Shown one piece after another: positions 60,604 through 64,000 of a DNA stretch of 64,000 bases (positions are counted from its first letter, which is position 1; each line of letters opens with the position of its first letter). Where the stretch lies: positions 1,412 through 65,411 of the forward strand of contig JBJEKR010000044.1 in assembly GCA_051878735.1 (NCBI GenBank). Direction: 5' to 3'. Under the pieces are notes generated by a model, which had not been told where the DNA came from, made no database searches, and worked only from the letters and a program-made list of their open reading frames with translations. Position numbers and translations under genes: made by a program. The DNA is from Prevotella sp. (lineage in GTDB: Bacteria > Bacteroidota > Bacteroidia > Bacteroidales > Bacteroidaceae).

Positions 60604-61343
60604 TTCAATTCTCCTTTCTGTGACTCTGCCACACATATTTGTCCTGTCACGGCATCACTTATCAGGCGTTGCTTGAACTCTTTTAGATAATCTATCTCTG
60701 CCTGTAAGTCTGCCATGTATTGGTCTATTTTCGACAGTTTTGCATCTATGTACTCAACTATGGCTTGCTGCTCGGAAAGAGGGGGCAAGACGCATCTCAT
60801 CTTTTTCAATTCATCCCAATTAAGGCTTTGTCTTAATCCGTTTCCCATACTATAAAATACTTTTTTTATATCTATGGAGTGTAACAGATAGTACAAATAT
60901 TTAGGACTAATATCATTAAAGACTTGTAATGCCAAATAAGCTGATGTGATAATCCCTTCCTGAGTAGCCAGCCCAACTCTTAAACTCTTATGGTCATTTT
61001 GTAGATCGGTGAGTCTCAGTACAATATTCCCATCCTCTATTATCTGGTAACCATCAAATGATGCTGGTAGAAGCCCCTCGGTAGTGTTAATATCTTTGTT
61101 TACAATTTTTCCGTAGCTTAGAGATAGTAGATTTTGATGATGGATTTCCTTATTAGAAATATAATGGACACGTGACATTTGAGACAATGTTCTCGTCTCC
61201 CAATGCTCCGGTATCATGCCAATCCAAGGTATGCCCGAATCCTTCATAGGAGCATTCGGATTCAGACCTTTTGTTACCACATTTGCAATCTCAGATTGCT
61301 TTAAAGCTACACCGCTGTCTTTATAATTATCGTATTTCCTCAT
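60600..61343 (-). CDS. hsdS: Type I R-M specificity subunit, half-size (single TRD)
   Basis: YKDSGV joined to KQS.I..VVTKGLNP..PMKDSGIPWIG.IPEHW; one TRD; PPLSEQ..I; KQRLISDAVTG. Confidence 0.88.
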   Translation of the reverse strand: MRKYDNYKDSGVALKQSEIANVVTKGLNPNAPMKDSGIPWIGMIPEHWETRTLSQMSRVHYISNKEIHHQNLLSLSYGKIVNKDINTTEGLLPASFDGYQIIEDGNIVLRLTDLQNDHKSLRVGLATQEGIITSAYLALQVFNDISPKYLYYLLHSIDIKKVFYSMGNGLRQSLNWDELKKMRCVLPPLSEQQAIVEYIDAKLSKIDQYMADLQAEIDYLKEFKQRLISDAVTGQICVAESQKGELK

Positions 61344-61367
61344 ACAGAAAAATCTTGCTATTAGGAG

Positions 61368-63461
61368 TTAAACATTCAATATGTCATCGAGTGCTCCTTT
61401 GAGCCTATTTTCGATGCTTTCAATGTCAGCAGTGATTTCCTCTATTGGACGCAGTTCCACAGGCTTATAAAAATACTTGGTGAAGGAAAGTTCGTAGCCT
61501 ACCACCACCTCGTCCGCATTGTAGAAAGCATCGGGAACGTAAGGTAATACTTCGTTCTGCATAAACGCATCGATACCGCCAGCGTACAGCAGTGGCACAT
61601 GCTCCACATCACGAAGGTCGGCATCTACCGCCACGGGACTATCCAGTCTGGTAGGCTTTACATGACAGGGTTCCTCCTTTTCATCTCGCTTGCCAAAATG
61701 TTTTCGGACAAGGTTTATTTTTGTTGATGGCACTTTCACCTTCGCCTGCTCCAGCATCAAGAATAGGGCAAAATCACCCACAGGATGACCACCCAAGTTG
61801 TTGCGCCATGCTTCCACGACACGCTGCAACAACAGCACATCGCCCTTGTTCTTCAATTCAGGCAACTCGATTGCTTCCAAATTTTCGTAGGTCAAGCGCA
61901 GAGGTCGCTCCACCGTCACCTTGTAATAGCCGAACTCCTCGTTAGGGAATATCTTGCTCTGCTCTGTTTCTTTGAAATCCGTCAGCATCTGGAGAATAGC
62001 CTTGCGATCAACTTCGCTTGTCTCACAGTTCTTCTCTCCAAGATTCTTGCGCAATTGCGTACATTGCTTGGTAGCATCTATCAGTTGCACAAGCCCCTTC
62101 CGGCGTTCTTCCTTTCGGTTGGTCACTACCCAAACGTACGTTCCGATACCCGTATTATAGAAATCCTTTTCAGGCATGGCTATGATAGCTTCCAACAGAT
62201 CGTGCTCAATGATATATTTGCGCAGATTGCTCGCTCCGCTTCCGGCATCACCCGTAAACAGAGAAGAACCGTTATGAACTTCAACGATTCTTGTGCCCAA
62301 TACCGTATCGTCCACAATACGGCTTACGTTGTTGGCAAGAAATAGCATCTGACAGTCGCCAATATCGGGCAGAAAACATATTTCTTCTCGATTCTCTCCG
62401 CTCCCGATAGCAATAGTAAATCGGGAATCGGTAAATTTAGTTTTCTCTGTTTCTTTCAGCCCACGTTTCTTCAAGTCCTCTTTCCATGGTGTGCCAAAAG
62501 GTGGATTGGAGATACAGAAGTCAAATGTCTCGCCTGAATGTCCGTCACGTGAAATGGTGGAATCGAAGGCAATGAATTCCCTTTCTTCCCCCGCAAACGT
62601 ATATTGGAACGATTTAATCTGTCCAGAAATCATCAAGTCTGCCTTACAGGTTGCGTAAGTTTCTGGCAACAGTTCTTGCCCATATATGTTGATGACCGCA
62701 TTCTTTCCGCGTTCCTGCGCAATCTGCTGAATACGCTCTTGCGCAATGGTAAGAATGCCGCCTGTGCCGCAGGCTCCGTCATAAACCTTGTATGTCGAGT
62801 CTGTAATTTTGTCGGCAACAGGGATGATGGCAAGGTCTGCAAGCAGATGGACATAATCACGAGGTGTGAAATGTTCTCCGGCTTCGGTCACATTATTCTC
62901 TTCATTGAACTTGCGTAACAGCTCCTCAAACATGGTGCCTACTGTATGGTTATCAAGTGCGGGATGCAAAATATGTCCTTCCTCATCCAATATTGGTTTG
63001 GCACTAAGATTGATTTTGTCTGACGTAAACTTCTCGATGATACTGCCCAAACGCTCCGCTTCGGTAAGGTTGTCCACGATTTGGCGCAGATGGAGTTTCT
63101 CGATAATGTCTAACACATCTTTGCTGTAACCATTCATGTATTCGATGAAGTTCATTTTCAAACGCATCGGGTCTATTTCGCTTTTCAATGTCTTCATCGT
63201 AAATTTCGAAGTGTTGTAGAATGGATAACCCGTTATATTGTAAAGAACAGGAGCCTGATTTTCAATGTGGTTTCTGTCCAGCTGCTCCTTCATCTGCAAT
63301 ACCTGTTCTTTGGTCGGCTCTAACAGTACGTCAATACGTCGGAGAACCAACATAGGCAGGATGATTTTCTTGTATTCGCCTTTGTTGAAGGCATACACAA
63401 GCACATCTGTCGCAATGTTCCATATAAATGAGAACAGTGAATTATACTGACTTTGTTCCAT
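61368..63461 (-). CDS. hsdM: Type I R-M N6-adenine methyltransferase subunit M
   Basis: ILPMLVLRR, AGEHFTPRD, YDGACGTGGIL, SNPPFG, FYNTGIGTY. Confidence 0.95.
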   Translation of the reverse strand: MEQSQYNSLFSFIWNIATDVLVYAFNKGEYKKIILPMLVLRRIDVLLEPTKEQVLQMKEQLDRNHIENQAPVLYNITGYPFYNTSKFTMKTLKSEIDPMRLKMNFIEYMNGYSKDVLDIIEKLHLRQIVDNLTEAERLGSIIEKFTSDKINLSAKPILDEEGHILHPALDNHTVGTMFEELLRKFNEENNVTEAGEHFTPRDYVHLLADLAIIPVADKITDSTYKVYDGACGTGGILTIAQERIQQIAQERGKNAVINIYGQELLPETYATCKADLMISGQIKSFQYTFAGEEREFIAFDSTISRDGHSGETFDFCISNPPFGTPWKEDLKKRGLKETEKTKFTDSRFTIAIGSGENREEICFLPDIGDCQMLFLANNVSRIVDDTVLGTRIVEVHNGSSLFTGDAGSGASNLRKYIIEHDLLEAIIAMPEKDFYNTGIGTYVWVVTNRKEERRKGLVQLIDATKQCTQLRKNLGEKNCETSEVDRKAILQMLTDFKETEQSKIFPNEEFGYYKVTVERPLRLTYENLEAIELPELKNKGDVLLLQRVVEAWRNNLGGHPVGDFALFLMLEQAKVKVPSTKINLVRKHFGKRDEKEEPCHVKPTRLDSPVAVDADLRDVEHVPLLYAGGIDAFMQNEVLPYVPDAFYNADEVVVGYELSFTKYFYKPVELRPIEEITADIESIENRLKGALDDILNV

Positions 63462-63469
63462 GTTTGTTT

Positions 63470-63685
63470 CTATTTCAAGATGTTTTCTGAATCGTTCAAT
63501 AGGTCTCTCATTTCTACACCAAGGAGCTTAGCCACCTCATGTAACGTACTTAGATTGGGTTGAGCGGCATTGCTGCACCAGCGAGATACCGTTGATTCAC
63601 TGACTTGCATCTGTTTAGCCAACCATTTCCCCGTCTTCTTTTTCAATACCAAGACCACTTTTATACGATTTAATTCCTTGTCCAT
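63470..63685 (-). CDS. XRE family HTH regulator heading the R-M operon
   Basis: NRIK.VL, WLAKQM.VSESTVSRWCSN..QP; TATATTTG box at 63716-63709. Confidence 0.88.
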   Translation of the reverse strand: MDKELNRIKVVLVLKKKTGKWLAKQMQVSESTVSRWCSNAAQPNLSTLHEVAKLLGVEMRDLLNDSENILK

Positions 63686-64000
63686 ATTAAATATATTGAT
63701 ATTGGTTGCAAATATATTGTTTTTAGATGAGAAAAACGAATGAATATCAAGGAAATAGCTAATTTACAGTCTAATTTTAACTTCTATTCGCTTTTCATGC
63801 TGGCTGTACGCCAAAATTCCCTCCAAATAAAGATGAATAGATTTGTATAGAATACAATGTTTCTACGTGCTATTATAACACGTATATAGATGTTTCAAAA
63901 ATTGTCGTTAAGTTGATATTGAATTATTCACATCTGTTGTATAACAGCAATATATATTAACAGATGTGCAACGAAGGTAAAATACAAAAAGTTCAACTAT

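Noticed and set aside
60600-61343. hsdS shufflon
   Set aside because: No additional hsdS segments, flanking IRs or recombinase in the window; cannot be excluded beyond 64000.
63929-63968. 10-bp IR CACATCTGTT / AACAGATGTG as an att site
   Set aside because: No partner site or integrase is visible, and it is too close to the window edge to interpret.

Overview
Bacteroidota chromosome segment, most likely Prevotellaceae. This rests on TAnnTTTG -7 promoter boxes, a SusC/SusD pair, UpxY and DUF5020. All family calls come from motifs read by eye; no database searches were run. 1-16 kb: housekeeping genes (rnr 3' part, cysS, gltX, waaA, a 7TM-HD hydrolase, a gamma-CA-like gene) and a TolC/HlyD/MFS efflux operon. 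16-48 kb: a beta-mannan/glucomannan utilisation system in two blocks. The first is GH94 + GH5. The second is CE7-MGP-MFS-epimerase-AraC facing SusC-SusD-SGBP-SGBP-GH26. A 15-bp operator-like motif sits at the same spacing before the GH5 and SusC promoters. Between the blocks lie an IS1182 deletion derivative, an RND permease fused to its outer-membrane factor, a secreted nuclease and an atypical QueD-like gene. 48-64 kb: an orphan ECF/FecR pair, then an accessory island. It carries UpxY plus an AlbA-HATPase-HTH gene with a tandem-repeat linker. Converging on these is one tightly coupled defence operon: XRE - hsdM - half-size hsdS - DUF3791/DUF3990/small ORF - hsdR - Gabija-like OLD nuclease + UvrD. 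The best candidate for an undescribed system is the ADP-ribosyltransferase-like three-gene cassette coupled into the PrrC slot of that type I R-M operon. I found no rRNA, tRNA, CRISPR array or integrase.
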